A stretch of DNA of 41,473 bases, from IMG/VR virus record IMGVR_UViG_3300045988_036724; one strand, 5' to 3'. This document shows, piece after piece, positions 1 through 7,927 of the stretch. Within the stretch, counting starts at the first letter, position 1. Each line of letters opens with the position of its first letter. The translations under genes were made by a program, and so were the position numbers. The stretch is from a virus. The notes below the pieces were generated by a model that was given only the letters and a program-made list of their open reading frames with translations, ran no database searches and was not told the origin of the DNA.

Positions 1-180
1 TACAGCACGGCGGGTTCCAGCGGCGATTACAGCACGGCGGGTTCCAGCGGCGATTGCAGCACGGCGGGTTCCAGCGGTTATTGCAGCACGGCGGGTTCCA
101 GCGGCAATTACAGCACGGCGGGTTCCAGCGGCAATTACAGCACGGCGGGTTCCAGCGGCGATTGCAGCACGGCGGCAGCC
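1..180 (+). repeat. 27-nt tandem repeat array (6 clean units plus a degenerate unit), coding
   Basis: Units at 1-27, 28-54, 55-81, 82-108, 109-135 and 136-162. Units differ only at tac/tgc and ggc-gat / ggt-tat / ggc-aat. Confidence 0.95.
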
Positions 181-408
181 ACTGGGGCTTATTGCAGCGC
201 AAAAGCAGATGGAAAAGACAATATCGCCGTCGCAAACGGCGCGCACAGTAAGGCACGGGGCGCTCTTGGCTGCTATCTGGTTCTGACTGAGTACGACGAT
301 GACGGCAATATGCTGTGGGCAAAGATGGAAAAAGTAGACGGCACTCACATCAAGGAAGACGTCTGGTACACCCTCAAAAATGGCGAGTTTGTGGAGGTCA
401 ATCCGTGA
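1..408 (+). CDS. C-terminal part of tandem-repeat protein (same gene as 41014..41473 across the contig junction)
   Basis: Frame 1 is open from nt 1 to TGA 406-408. It starts inside 27-nt repeats encoding (Y/C)STAGSSG(D/N/Y) and ends ...DVWYTLKNGEFVEVNP. Confidence 0.8.
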   Translation, partial: YSTAGSSGDYSTAGSSGDCSTAGSSGYCSTAGSSGNYSTAGSSGNYSTAGSSGDCSTAAATGAYCSAKADGKDNIAVANGAHSKARGALGCYLVLTEYDDDGNMLWAKMEKVDGTHIKEDVWYTLKNGEFVEVNP

Positions 409-569
409 AGAAGCACTACAACAAGCGCTGGCTTGAACAGCGCTGGGATGCAAGGCAGCCGGAACGGTTGGAGCACATCCGGCTGAAACGGCAGCTGAGA
501 GAAAAAAAGGAGGGGTGCGGCAGTGAAGCCGAGCATGGGAATTGCAGAGTGCTGCCAGATTATGCGTGA
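405..569 (+). CDS. small basic hypothetical protein (GTG start)
   Basis: GGAGG at 393-397 lies 7 nt before GTG 405. Encodes 54 aa, VKKHYNKRWLEQRW.... It overlaps the next gene by 47 nt, so it is uncertain. Confidence 0.35.
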   Translation: MKKHYNKRWLEQRWDARQPERLEHIRLKRQLREKKEGCGSEAEHGNCRVLPDYA

Positions 570-759
570 TAACAACATTTCTGTGAGCGAGCCGATCTTT
601 ACCGGTATGATTCAGGCCGGCAGCTTCCCGGCATGGGCGGTGCCGTCTATTGACACCAAGAGCGCCGCCCCGCTGATCTCCCGCGCCGGATTTATGGCGT
701 GGGTGAAGGATTTTTATAAGCTCGAAAAGGTTTACACAAAGGAGAATCCGAAAGAATGA
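523..759 (+). CDS. hypothetical protein
   Basis: AAAGGAGG at 507-514 lies 8 nt before GTG 523. The stop overlaps the next start (ATGA). Confidence 0.6.
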   Translation: MKPSMGIAECCQIMRDNNISVSEPIFTGMIQAGSFPAWAVPSIDTKSAAPLISRAGFMAWVKDFYKLEKVYTKENPKE

Positions 760-1037
760 AACGCAAATCTACTACTTACTACTGGCTGGCTGTCATTTTT
801 GGCGGCGTTGGAATGGGCGCAGCTATGGGCGCAGAGGGGACCGCGCAGACCACCGGATACATCTCCGGTACGCTGTTTGCGGTGTCGCTGGTGCTGCTGC
901 TGGCCGCTGTTCTGCTGGCTCGTCTGGGCTTTGCCGCAGAGGACAGGGAGAGAGCCGCAAAGCGGCGCAAGTACGGCAAGATCAACCGCACCCACGCCCG
1001 GCCCCAGAGGACGGAGGACGAACGATGGAGAGCATGA
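756..1037 (+). CDS. small membrane protein (two hydrophobic segments)
   Basis: Hydrophobic segments YYWLAVIFGGVGMGAAMGA and LFAVSLVLLLAAVLLARLGF, followed by a basic tail. Confidence 0.6.
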   Translation: MKRKSTTYYWLAVIFGGVGMGAAMGAEGTAQTTGYISGTLFAVSLVLLLAAVLLARLGFAAEDRERAAKRRKYGKINRTHARPQRTEDERWRA

Positions 1038-1246
1038 CCCACTACCATGTTTACGCCTACCACAAAAGCGGCGGGTACGAGGCCAAGCGCTTCGAGGGCG
1101 ACGCCGTGACCGCATCGGCGCAGGCCATCCACTACGCGGACCAGATCGCCCACACCTGCGATTACGCCGAGGTGCGGAACGCTGTAGGAGATTTAACTTA
1201 CACCGTCCGCGATCCGCACGGCAAGCTTGCAAAACAACAACGATAA
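1025..1246 (+). CDS. hypothetical protein
   Basis: 73-aa ORF, codirectional and tightly packed with its neighbours. Confidence 0.55.
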   Translation: MESMTHYHVYAYHKSGGYEAKRFEGDAVTASAQAIHYADQIAHTCDYAEVRNAVGDLTYTVRDPHGKLAKQQR

Positions 1247-1260
1247 AAGGAGATAAAAGC

Positions 1261-1884
1261 ATGAAAACCATCAAAGTCAAAATCACATTCATCGAGCCCG
1301 TTCTTGGCACCTGGCCCGCAAACCCAAATGTTGCCCGGGAGTTCATCGCCAGCAAGAGCCCGGATGCTTCCACCATTGAGGACGAAGTTGCTTCCATTGG
1401 CGCAGATGCGGCCGCCGATAAGGCCATGACCGTCTTCCCCCGGGACGAGAACGGGCGGCCCGCATTCTGGGACTACCAGATCAAAGGCTTCTTCAAGGAC
1501 GCCTGCTCGATGCTGGGCCGTATCGGCGGCAAGACCGAAACGGGAAAGAAGCGGGCCGTAAACGAGTCCGGCAAGCTGACCGCCTACAAGAAGGTCATCG
1601 ACGGCCTGATCTTTGTCTCCCCCCGGATGATCCCCATTGACGTGAACGGCTCGATCGGCGATTGCCAGCGTCCGCTCCGCGCCCAGACCGCGCAGGGCGA
1701 GCGCGTGAGTCTTGTGAACTCCGAGGAAATCCCCGCAGGATCCGAGTGCATCATCGAAGTGACTTGCATGGATGACAACCACATGGCAGCCGTGCTGGAG
1801 TGGCTGGACTACGGCAAACTTCGCGGCATCGGCCAGTGGCGCAACAGTGGCAAGGGCCGCTTTACTTACCAAATCCTGAGCTGA
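1261..1884 (+). CDS. conserved-looking phage protein of unknown function (glycine-rich C-terminal loop)
   Basis: AAAGGAG lies before ATG 1261. The track ORF 799..1884 has an implausible Arg/Pro-rich N-extension. The protein ends GIGQWRNSGKGRFTYQILS. Confidence 0.75.
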   Translation: MKTIKVKITFIEPVLGTWPANPNVAREFIASKSPDASTIEDEVASIGADAAADKAMTVFPRDENGRPAFWDYQIKGFFKDACSMLGRIGGKTETGKKRAVNESGKLTAYKKVIDGLIFVSPRMIPIDVNGSIGDCQRPLRAQTAQGERVSLVNSEEIPAGSECIIEVTCMDDNHMAAVLEWLDYGKLRGIGQWRNSGKGRFTYQILS

Positions 1885-2383
1885 CCGCAGCGGCATGGCA
1901 TTGATGGCCCTGATTCGCGGAGAAACGGCATGGTTCGTATGGCAGCGCACCGCAAAGGCTCAGCCCGGCCATGAGGGGCAGAGATTGGCAACGGCAAAGC
2001 ACAGCGAAAATAGCATAGAAACGTTCGGAGCAGTGTACAGCAAAGGCTATGGTTGGCAGTGAAATCCAGTGCTACGGAAGAGCGAAGCGGAGCCAAGGCA
2101 TGGCGATGCGAGGAAATGCAAATGAGCAGCGATGAGGTGAACTGCTGTGCAGTGGCAGAGTATCGCAGCCTACCGCAACGCAGCGGCACTGAGAAGCACA
2201 GACAGGCAAGGCAAAGGCAAAGCATGGAGACGCTTGGCAGCGGCATAGCATGGCATTGAAAAGCAAAGGCGATGCGTTGATTAGTCTGGCAATGGAATGG
2301 CGAAGCGAAGAAATGCGAAGGAATAGCGAGTCCAGGAGCTGCAACGGCAAAGCAAAGTGATTTTTTACGAAAGGAGATAAAAA
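1885..2383 (+). repeat. non-coding purine-rich block with 19 same-strand GGCA motifs and internal imperfect direct repeats
   Basis: No convincing ORF on either strand. GGCA occurs 19 times and TGCC 0 times on the + strand. CAGCGGCAT..GGCATTGA occurs at 1888 and 2238; GCAACGGCAAAGCA occurs at 1988 and 2341. Confidence 0.8.
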
Positions 2384-2785
2384 ATGGTTTTGGATGAAAC
2401 GAAACAGCGTTGTCTTAACTACGCGGCAACCGTCCCGGAATGGACGCTCACGGAGCAACTGAAAGCTGTCAGGGAGTTGTCTGCTTGCGCCAGCAAGCTC
2501 ACGGACATCGTGCAGGCGCTTACTGCCGGGATGATCTATGACCGCTACGAGCACCCGTACGGCAGAGAGGAAGACCGCCCGGACTACTCTAAACAGCTCA
2601 GAGAAGCCGGATACTTTATTGGCAAGTCCGTCTATGCGTTGGAGGTGCTGGCTTCTGAGAGCCCGTTCTCGTATGCGCGCGATCCGTCCATGAACGCGGA
2701 AGCATCGTATAGCACAGAGCACGCGCTTTTAGGGGAACGTTGTCGGAAGCACGGAATGGAGGAGGTGACATATCATCATGGATAA
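2384..2785 (+). CDS. hypothetical protein
   Basis: AAAGGAG RBS lies before ATG 2384. Encodes 133 aa. Confidence 0.7.
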   Translation: MVLDETKQRCLNYAATVPEWTLTEQLKAVRELSACASKLTDIVQALTAGMIYDRYEHPYGREEDRPDYSKQLREAGYFIGKSVYALEVLASESPFSYARDPSMNAEASYSTEHALLGERCRKHGMEEVTYHHG

Positions 2786-3401
2786 AATGACCATTTACGA
2801 GCAGTGCCGGGAAGTGCCCAAAGAAGCCCAAAAGCCTATTGCGGCGGGTCGGTTGAAAGGCAAGACTGACATTAACCCCATGTGGCGCATCAAGAAACTG
2901 ACAGAGCTTTTTGGTCCAGCGGGCATCGGATGGAAGTTTGACCCGCCTGTTTTTGAGGAAAAGCAAGGAGCAAAGGGCGAGGTCATGGTGCACTGCTTCA
3001 CCTGCTTGTATATTCGGCAGGACGTTGAGCAGGCGTGGAGCGCCCCCATCCCTGGAATTGGTGGCTCTACGCTTATCACGATGGAGCGGGACGGCCTGCG
3101 TACGGATGACGACGCCTATAAAAAGGCCTACACGGACGCTCAGAGCGTGGCCTGCAAGGCTTTGGGCATCGGTGCAGATGTGTACTGGAACGCCGATAAA
3201 ACCAAATATGATCCACTTCCCGCTGCTCCTGCACCAGTTTGCTCCTGCTGTGGGAAGAAGATCACCGGCTTTACATATCAGGGCAGCAATGTTAGTGCAG
3301 AGCAGGCAAGCGAGCGCAGCCAAAAGAAATACGGGCGCATCCTTTGCGTAGAGTGTGCCAAGAAGCAGCCTAAAGAAGACGGAGGTTTAACCCATGCTTA
3401 A
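2778..3401 (+). CDS. putative single-strand annealing protein (Rad52-superfamily-like) with C-terminal zinc ribbon
   Basis: Motif AAGRLKGKTDINPMWRIKKLTELFGPAGIGW is recalled from phage annealing proteins. Sits directly upstream of ssb. C-terminal CSCCGKK...CVEC. Confidence 0.55.
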   Translation: MDKMTIYEQCREVPKEAQKPIAAGRLKGKTDINPMWRIKKLTELFGPAGIGWKFDPPVFEEKQGAKGEVMVHCFTCLYIRQDVEQAWSAPIPGIGGSTLITMERDGLRTDDDAYKKAYTDAQSVACKALGIGADVYWNADKTKYDPLPAAPAPVCSCCGKKITGFTYQGSNVSAEQASERSQKKYGRILCVECAKKQPKEDGGLTHA

Positions 3402-3861
3402 CGTTGTGGCATTGATGGGCCGTTTGGTGGCTGACCCGGAGCTGAAGACCACCCAGAGCGGGAACAGCGTGTGCACGTTCCGCGTTGCCGTTGACCGCAG
3501 CTATGTTTCGCAGGGCGAAGAGCGCCAGGCGGATTTCATCACGGTCACCGCGTGGCGCAAGACGGCGGAGTTCGTCTCGAAGTATTTCCAGAAAGGCAGC
3601 ATGATCTCCGTGCATGGCCGTTTGGAGACCCGCCAGTATCAAGACAAGAACGGGAACAACCGCACAGCAACAGAGGTCCTTGCCGCAGAAGTAGGCTTCT
3701 TCGGTCCCAAGGCGGCAGAAAAGCCCGCCACGGCGTCCTACGAGAAGCAGACGGCAAATCATGTGCGAGAAGCAAACGCCCCGCAGCAGCCTCAGAGCTA
3801 TGCACAGGGCAGCGTGGACGACTTCGCCGAGATTTCAGACGCGGACGATCTCCCCTTCTGA
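3394..3861 (+). CDS. ssb: single-stranded DNA-binding protein
   Basis: OB-fold N-terminus MLNVVALMGRLVADPELKTT...FRVAV, and an acidic tail ending DDLPF. Confidence 0.95.
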   Translation: MLNVVALMGRLVADPELKTTQSGNSVCTFRVAVDRSYVSQGEERQADFITVTAWRKTAEFVSKYFQKGSMISVHGRLETRQYQDKNGNNRTATEVLAAEVGFFGPKAAEKPATASYEKQTANHVREANAPQQPQSYAQGSVDDFAEISDADDLPF

Positions 3862-3926
3862 TTTTGGCAGCTGTGCTATCTGGCTATACGGGCGTGCAAG
3901 GAAGGAGGTGAGCCGAAACGAAAGAG

Positions 3927-4703
3927 ATGGAAAAAAAGAGTATAATCCTCTACAAGTCATGGAAAAAACCGCTGCGTCGCCTATCCTTGGAACAAAAAGG
4001 CCGCATTTTTGAGGCGCTGCTCGATTTTCCTGAACAGCCGGAATTTGAAGACCCGATGCTTGTGATGGCATGGGACTTTATGGCTGACGCTCTGGAAGAA
4101 AACGATAAAAAGTGGGATGAAACGCGAGAAAAGCGTTCCGCTGCAGGGCGAAAAGGTGCAGAAGCAACAAACGGCAAACGTCAGCAAAACGCGGCAAATC
4201 CGGCAAATGCCGATTTTGCCGAGCAAAAGCAGCAAAACGCGGCAAATCCGGCTGTATCTGTTACTGTTAATGATACTGTTAATGTTAATGATACTGTTAA
4301 TGATACTGTTAATGTTATATCACCTAACGGTGGTGTATATAAAGGCACCCCAGCCGCCGTTGACGTAGAACTTTCTAAAATCGTCCAGCATTATCAGCAG
4401 GCCGTTGGGGACTTCCCACGTTCTGCTTTGGACAAGCTGCAGAAGTGGCGGCAGGAGTACAGCACAGAGATGATCCTGCTGGCGATTGACAAGGCCACAG
4501 AAGCCGGAAAGCGGTCGTGGAGCTACATCAACGGCATATTGTCCGGATGGAAACGAGACGGCCTGCGCACGCCGGGAGACGTGGAAGCCAACGAACAAAG
4601 CCGACAAGCCAGACAGCGAGGCAAGCAACCAACCGAGACCGTAGATGACCAGCTTGCCCGGGTGCTGGCGAAGATGGACAGAGAAAGGGGTTTTGAGACA
4701 TGA
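3927..4703 (+). CDS. DnaD-domain replisome organizer / replication initiator
   Basis: C-terminal LLAIDKATEAGKRSWSYINGILSGWKRDGLRT is typical of the DnaD/DnaB_2 domain. Internal DNA repeats are present. Confidence 0.85.
   Translation: MEKKSIILYKSWKKPLRRLSLEQKGRIFEALLDFPEQPEFEDPMLVMAWDFMADALEENDKKWDETREKRSAAGRKGAEATNGKRQQNAANPANADFAEQKQQNAANPAVSVTVNDTVNVNDTVNDTVNVISPNGGVYKGTPAAVDVELSKIVQHYQQAVGDFPRSALDKLQKWRQEYSTEMILLAIDKATEAGKRSWSYINGILSGWKRDGLRTPGDVEANEQSRQARQRGKQPTETVDDQLARVLAKMDRERGFET
4183..4252 (+). repeat. two perfect 22-nt direct repeats AGCAAAACGCGGCAAATCCGGC inside the organizer gene
   Basis: Copies at 4183-4204 and 4231-4252. Confidence 0.9.
4261..4316 (+). repeat. AT-rich 12-nt iteron array (ATACTGTTAATG about x4 plus TTAATG), candidate ori
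   Basis: ttactgttaatg atactgttaatg ttaatg atactgttaatg atactgttaatg, followed by ttatat...gtatataaa. Confidence 0.85.
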
Positions 4704-5275
4704 CGCGGGAAGACGTGGCAAAGCTGATCCGCATGAATTTTGTGCTGTACAAGCTGGGTTCCAGGCCGCTGACCGACGAGGAGATGCAGACCACCATTGA
4801 CGTGTGGACGTACCAGTTTGGCGACTATGACGGCGATGCTGTCAAGCGGGCTTTTCTGGCGGCGAACCGGGTATGCGTTTATCCGGTCACGGTGGCCGAC
4901 ATCTTCAAGCAGCTTTCTCAGTGTCTTGACCCGTCCGCCGAATGGAAAGCTCTGGCTGTAGCGGCACGCAAGGCACAGACATTTTTGAGCTGGCGCAAGG
5001 TCCCGATGGTGACCGGCATTGACGAAAAGGGCGGGCTGCTGCGTAGCGACGGGCAGAAAGAACTGCAAGCCCTGTATGACCAACTCCCTCCGGCGGCAAA
5101 ATCCTATGCCGGGAGCGTGGGAGGGCTGGCAGAGCTGGCTGAAATGCCAGACCTTACATACCGCCGTGCCGAGTTTTTGAAGCAGGCGCAGGGTGATATT
5201 TCTACTACGCCGAGGGAAGCTGCTCGCCTGAGAGCCGGGCACACCCCGGCCAGACTGGAGGCAGCCAATGGGTAA
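4700..5275 (+). CDS. replicative helicase loader/inhibitor-like protein (SPP1 G39P-like N-terminus)
   Basis: Pattern TIDVWTYQFGDYDGDAVKRAFLAANRVCVYPVTVADIFKQL resembles the G39P family. Sits immediately after the organizer gene. Confidence 0.65.
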   Translation: MTREDVAKLIRMNFVLYKLGSRPLTDEEMQTTIDVWTYQFGDYDGDAVKRAFLAANRVCVYPVTVADIFKQLSQCLDPSAEWKALAVAARKAQTFLSWRKVPMVTGIDEKGGLLRSDGQKELQALYDQLPPAAKSYAGSVGGLAELAEMPDLTYRRAEFLKQAQGDISTTPREAARLRAGHTPARLEAANG

Positions 5276-5450
5276 GCTCAGGATTTTAGTGGAGTGCCGC
5301 AACGAGGGCGGCACAGACCTCCACTGCTGGATCGTGGAAGCAAAGAACCCCGGCGAGGCAGAGCATATCGCCGTTTCCAGGGCTCGGGCCTTTTACCCAG
5401 AGTTTGATGAATTTGAACCTGTAAGGACGGAGGTGCTGAAAAATGGCTAA
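5268..5450 (+). CDS. hypothetical protein
   Basis: 60-aa ORF with overlapping start and stop junctions. Confidence 0.5.
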   Translation: MGKLRILVECRNEGGTDLHCWIVEAKNPGEAEHIAVSRARAFYPEFDEFEPVRTEVLKNG

Positions 5451-5850
5451 AATCATAGACCATCTTTCGCAGGGCGAAATTCTCGCCCAGATGGCTGAGG
5501 AAAAGAAAATCACCCGGCTGGTCGATGTTGGCGAACTGGAAGCTGACCTAAAAAAAGACCTCGCAGAAGAGGAGGCCAAGGGCAAGGATGCCGACATCCT
5601 GTTCTGCGAGAGCATCGAAGATGAGCTGTCTGACCTCGAAAACCTCCCTACCGTTGACCCTGAGAGCTTGCGACCTACGGCAAAGTGGATTATTGTGCGG
5701 CGCATGGCAGATGGTGCGGAGTGCAAGTGCGGGATCTGCGGACGCAAAGAGGTTTTTACAACATTCGACCGGCACACGGAACATGCCTATTGCTGCCGCT
5801 GCGGGTGCAAAATGGAAGAAGCGGATGAAAGCGAGGTACGCAAAAAATGA
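5443..5850 (+). CDS. hypothetical protein with C-terminal zinc-ribbon-like Cys cluster
   Basis: Cys cluster CKCGICGRK...CCRCGC. Confidence 0.6.
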   Translation: MAKIIDHLSQGEILAQMAEEKKITRLVDVGELEADLKKDLAEEEAKGKDADILFCESIEDELSDLENLPTVDPESLRPTAKWIIVRRMADGAECKCGICGRKEVFTTFDRHTEHAYCCRCGCKMEEADESEVRKK

Positions 5851-6065
5851 CGATGACACCGTGTAAAGACTGCCCCGCACGGCACCCGGTATGCCACGAC
5901 AGTTGCCCCAAGTACGCCGAGTTCAAGCGCCAGCGCGGCGCAGAATCCGCTTACACCCGAGAGATGCTGGACACAGGCAAGGTCTACCACTACGACCACG
6001 AAGACCGACACCGGGAACGGGGCCGCAAAAAGTACATGGGAGCGAACGGAGGAGCGGACAGATGA
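5847..6065 (+). CDS. small Cys-rich hypothetical protein
   Basis: Cys-rich stretch CKDCPARHPVCHDSCPKY. The ATGA junction overlaps the previous gene. Confidence 0.55.
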   Translation: MTMTPCKDCPARHPVCHDSCPKYAEFKRQRGAESAYTREMLDTGKVYHYDHEDRHRERGRKKYMGANGGADR

Positions 6066-6123
6066 AAGTGCTTACGTTGCTTGAAGAACTTCGCCGTAGG
6101 ATTTTGGGAGAGGAGGAATCCCG

Positions 6124-6702
6124 ATGAAGTCCGTGCTTATCAGTATCCGACCTGAGTGGTGCAAAAAAATTCTTGACGGAGAAAAGACAGTTGAGATGCG
6201 CAGAACTTGCCCTGTGCATGGGACGCCGTTTAAGGTGTACATCTACTGTACCAGGACAGCGAGTAAAGAGTTTATTTTGGACGACGACAACTGGGACGTT
6301 TCCGCGAAGAAACACGGTGGATGGCCAGGGAAAAGGGGGCGCGTCATTGGCGAGTTCACCTGTAAGAAAATTACCGGCCTAACCCATGTTGGAGAAACAG
6401 GAAGCTGGGAATCGGCAAACCTGTACGTTATGGCACCCGGATCATATTACAAACCAGCCGATGAACTTCTTGAAGCGGCCTGCATGAGCAAGGAAACCGC
6501 CGAAAAATATCTCAAAGGTCGTGACGGCTGCGGCTGGCACATTTCCGACCTGAAAATTTACGACCGCCCACGACCGTTGAGCGATTTTTCAAGGCTGCGG
6601 GTAACGAAATTTGGATATGAGCCAGTCGAAATCAAGAAGCCGCCTCAGAGCTGGTGTTATGTCGAGGAAGCTCACGAATGGAGGAATGATTGTACGGAAT
6701 GA
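6124..6702 (+). CDS. ASCH (PUA-like) domain protein
   Basis: N-terminus SIRPEWCKKILDGEKTVEMRR is typical of ASCH domains. Confidence 0.75.
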   Translation: MKSVLISIRPEWCKKILDGEKTVEMRRTCPVHGTPFKVYIYCTRTASKEFILDDDNWDVSAKKHGGWPGKRGRVIGEFTCKKITGLTHVGETGSWESANLYVMAPGSYYKPADELLEAACMSKETAEKYLKGRDGCGWHISDLKIYDRPRPLSDFSRLRVTKFGYEPVEIKKPPQSWCYVEEAHEWRNDCTE

Positions 6703-7082
6703 TGAAAACAATGCACCTGACCATCTACGGCGACCCACGCACCAAGAAAAATTCCGCACGCATTCTCCGCACACGCTCCGGGACCCCATTCGTGGCCCCT
6801 AGCAAGGCATATGTGGATTACGAGACCGACTGCCTGCGGCAAATCAAAAGGCCACACAGCCCCATCTCTGCCCGCGTGAACGTGCGGTGCGTGTACTACA
6901 TGAAGACCGCCCGCCGGGTCGATTTGGCAAACCTCATAGAGGCGACCACGGACATCCTAGTAAAAAACCGCGTACTGGAGGACGACAACAGCAAAATTGT
7001 TGCCGCCCACGATGGCAGCCGGGTGGACTACGACAAGCAAAACCCCAGAGTGGAGATCTGGATCGAGGAAATGGAGGAATAA
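6699..7082 (+). CDS. rusA: RusA-family Holliday junction resolvase
   Basis: LTIYGDPRTKKNS ... DLANLIEATTDILVKNRVLEDDNSKIV. The start is ambiguous (TTG 6690, ATG 6699, 6702 or 6711). Confidence 0.85.
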   Translation: MMKTMHLTIYGDPRTKKNSARILRTRSGTPFVAPSKAYVDYETDCLRQIKRPHSPISARVNVRCVYYMKTARRVDLANLIEATTDILVKNRVLEDDNSKIVAAHDGSRVDYDKQNPRVEIWIEEMEE

Positions 7083-7083
7083 T

Positions 7084-7656
7084 ATGGACTTGCCAAACAA
7101 AAAGTACTCCGTCATATACGCAGATCCACCGTGGAACTATCTGCAAAAAGGAGCGGCCGGTAAAAAACAAGGGTACGCAGCCCAGCATTACAAAACTATG
7201 ACCACCGATGATATTTGCGCTCTGCCTGTCCAACAGCTTGTTGGGGGTGGATGCCTATTATTCATGTGGGCAACATTTCCCACACTCCCGGATGCACTTC
7301 TAGTTATGGATGCTTGGGGGTTCACTTACAAAACCGCTGCTTTTGTTTGGGTGAAAAAATACAAATGCGGAAAAAACTTCGTTGGGATGGGTGCGTACAC
7401 CCGCGCAAACGCAGAAATTTGTCTGTTGGGTGTGTCGCATGACTTTTGCGCAAAAAAGCAGATAAAAAGCCACTCCGTGCGGCAGGTTATTGAGGAACCT
7501 ATCCAAGCGCACAGCGTAAAACCAGAAGAAACACGGCGGCGCATTGTTGATTTGCTGGGGGATGTGCCACGGATAGAACTTTTTGCCCGTCAACGTGTGC
7601 CTGGTTGGGATGCGTGGGGCAACGAAATCGAAGAAAAGGAGGACGGAAATGGCTGA
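7084..7656 (+). CDS. MT-A70 family N6-adenine DNA methyltransferase
   Basis: YSVIYADPPWNY catalytic DPPW motif. Start taken as ATG 7084 after the rusA stop. Confidence 0.9.
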   Translation: MDLPNKKYSVIYADPPWNYLQKGAAGKKQGYAAQHYKTMTTDDICALPVQQLVGGGCLLFMWATFPTLPDALLVMDAWGFTYKTAAFVWVKKYKCGKNFVGMGAYTRANAEICLLGVSHDFCAKKQIKSHSVRQVIEEPIQAHSVKPEETRRRIVDLLGDVPRIELFARQRVPGWDAWGNEIEEKEDGNG

Positions 7657-7927
7657 ATATCATGTTGGGTGTGGGCTATTCGGAACCATCTATGCCGGAA
7701 CGATGATGAAGCAGCGGAAAGATGGATTGCAGTTATGGAGAAGCAAGTCTGATGTGACCGACGAAGCAGTTTCCGCTGTTCTGACTCATTTTATTACTGA
7801 AATGGAGAATTCAGACAAAACGAAGCTCGAAAAGGTGTGGGGTGTTATCGGAAACAGGAAGCTAAAAGTCACTTTTGAGATTTTCGCTAGCAAGGAGGAA
7901 AACAATGACCCGCACATGGACACCTGA
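7649..7927 (+). CDS. hypothetical protein
   Basis: AAGGAGG lies before ATG 7649. N-terminus MAEYHVGCGLFGTIYAGT.... Confidence 0.65.
   Translation: MAEYHVGCGLFGTIYAGTMMKQRKDGLQLWRSKSDVTDEAVSAVLTHFITEMENSDKTKLEKVWGVIGNRKLKVTFEIFASKEENNDPHMDT

Noticed and set aside
1-180. CRISPR array or diversity-generating retroelement target as the explanation of the 27-nt repeats
   Set aside because: The repeats are contiguous with no spacers and lie in frame inside a gene. Variation partly involves A/G changes, but no reverse transcriptase or template repeat exists anywhere in the genome.
54-251. ORF MQHGGFQRLLQHGGFQ... in the repeat array
   Set aside because: It is an alternative frame of the 27-nt repeats. 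The frame-1 reading is continuous with the 41014 ORF and with a well-formed C-terminal domain.
799-1260. N-terminal extension of the track ORF 799..1884
   Set aside because: The extension is Arg/Pro/Cys-rich and overlaps two better small genes in other frames. ATG 1261 has an AAAGGAG RBS.
2053-2259. 68-aa plus-strand ORF and 126/216-aa minus-strand ORFs in the GGCA-rich block
   Set aside because: They have no RBS, their composition is dictated by the purine/pyrimidine skew (Cys/Leu/Arg/Ser-rich on the minus strand), and they are unlike their neighbours. The region is treated as non-coding.
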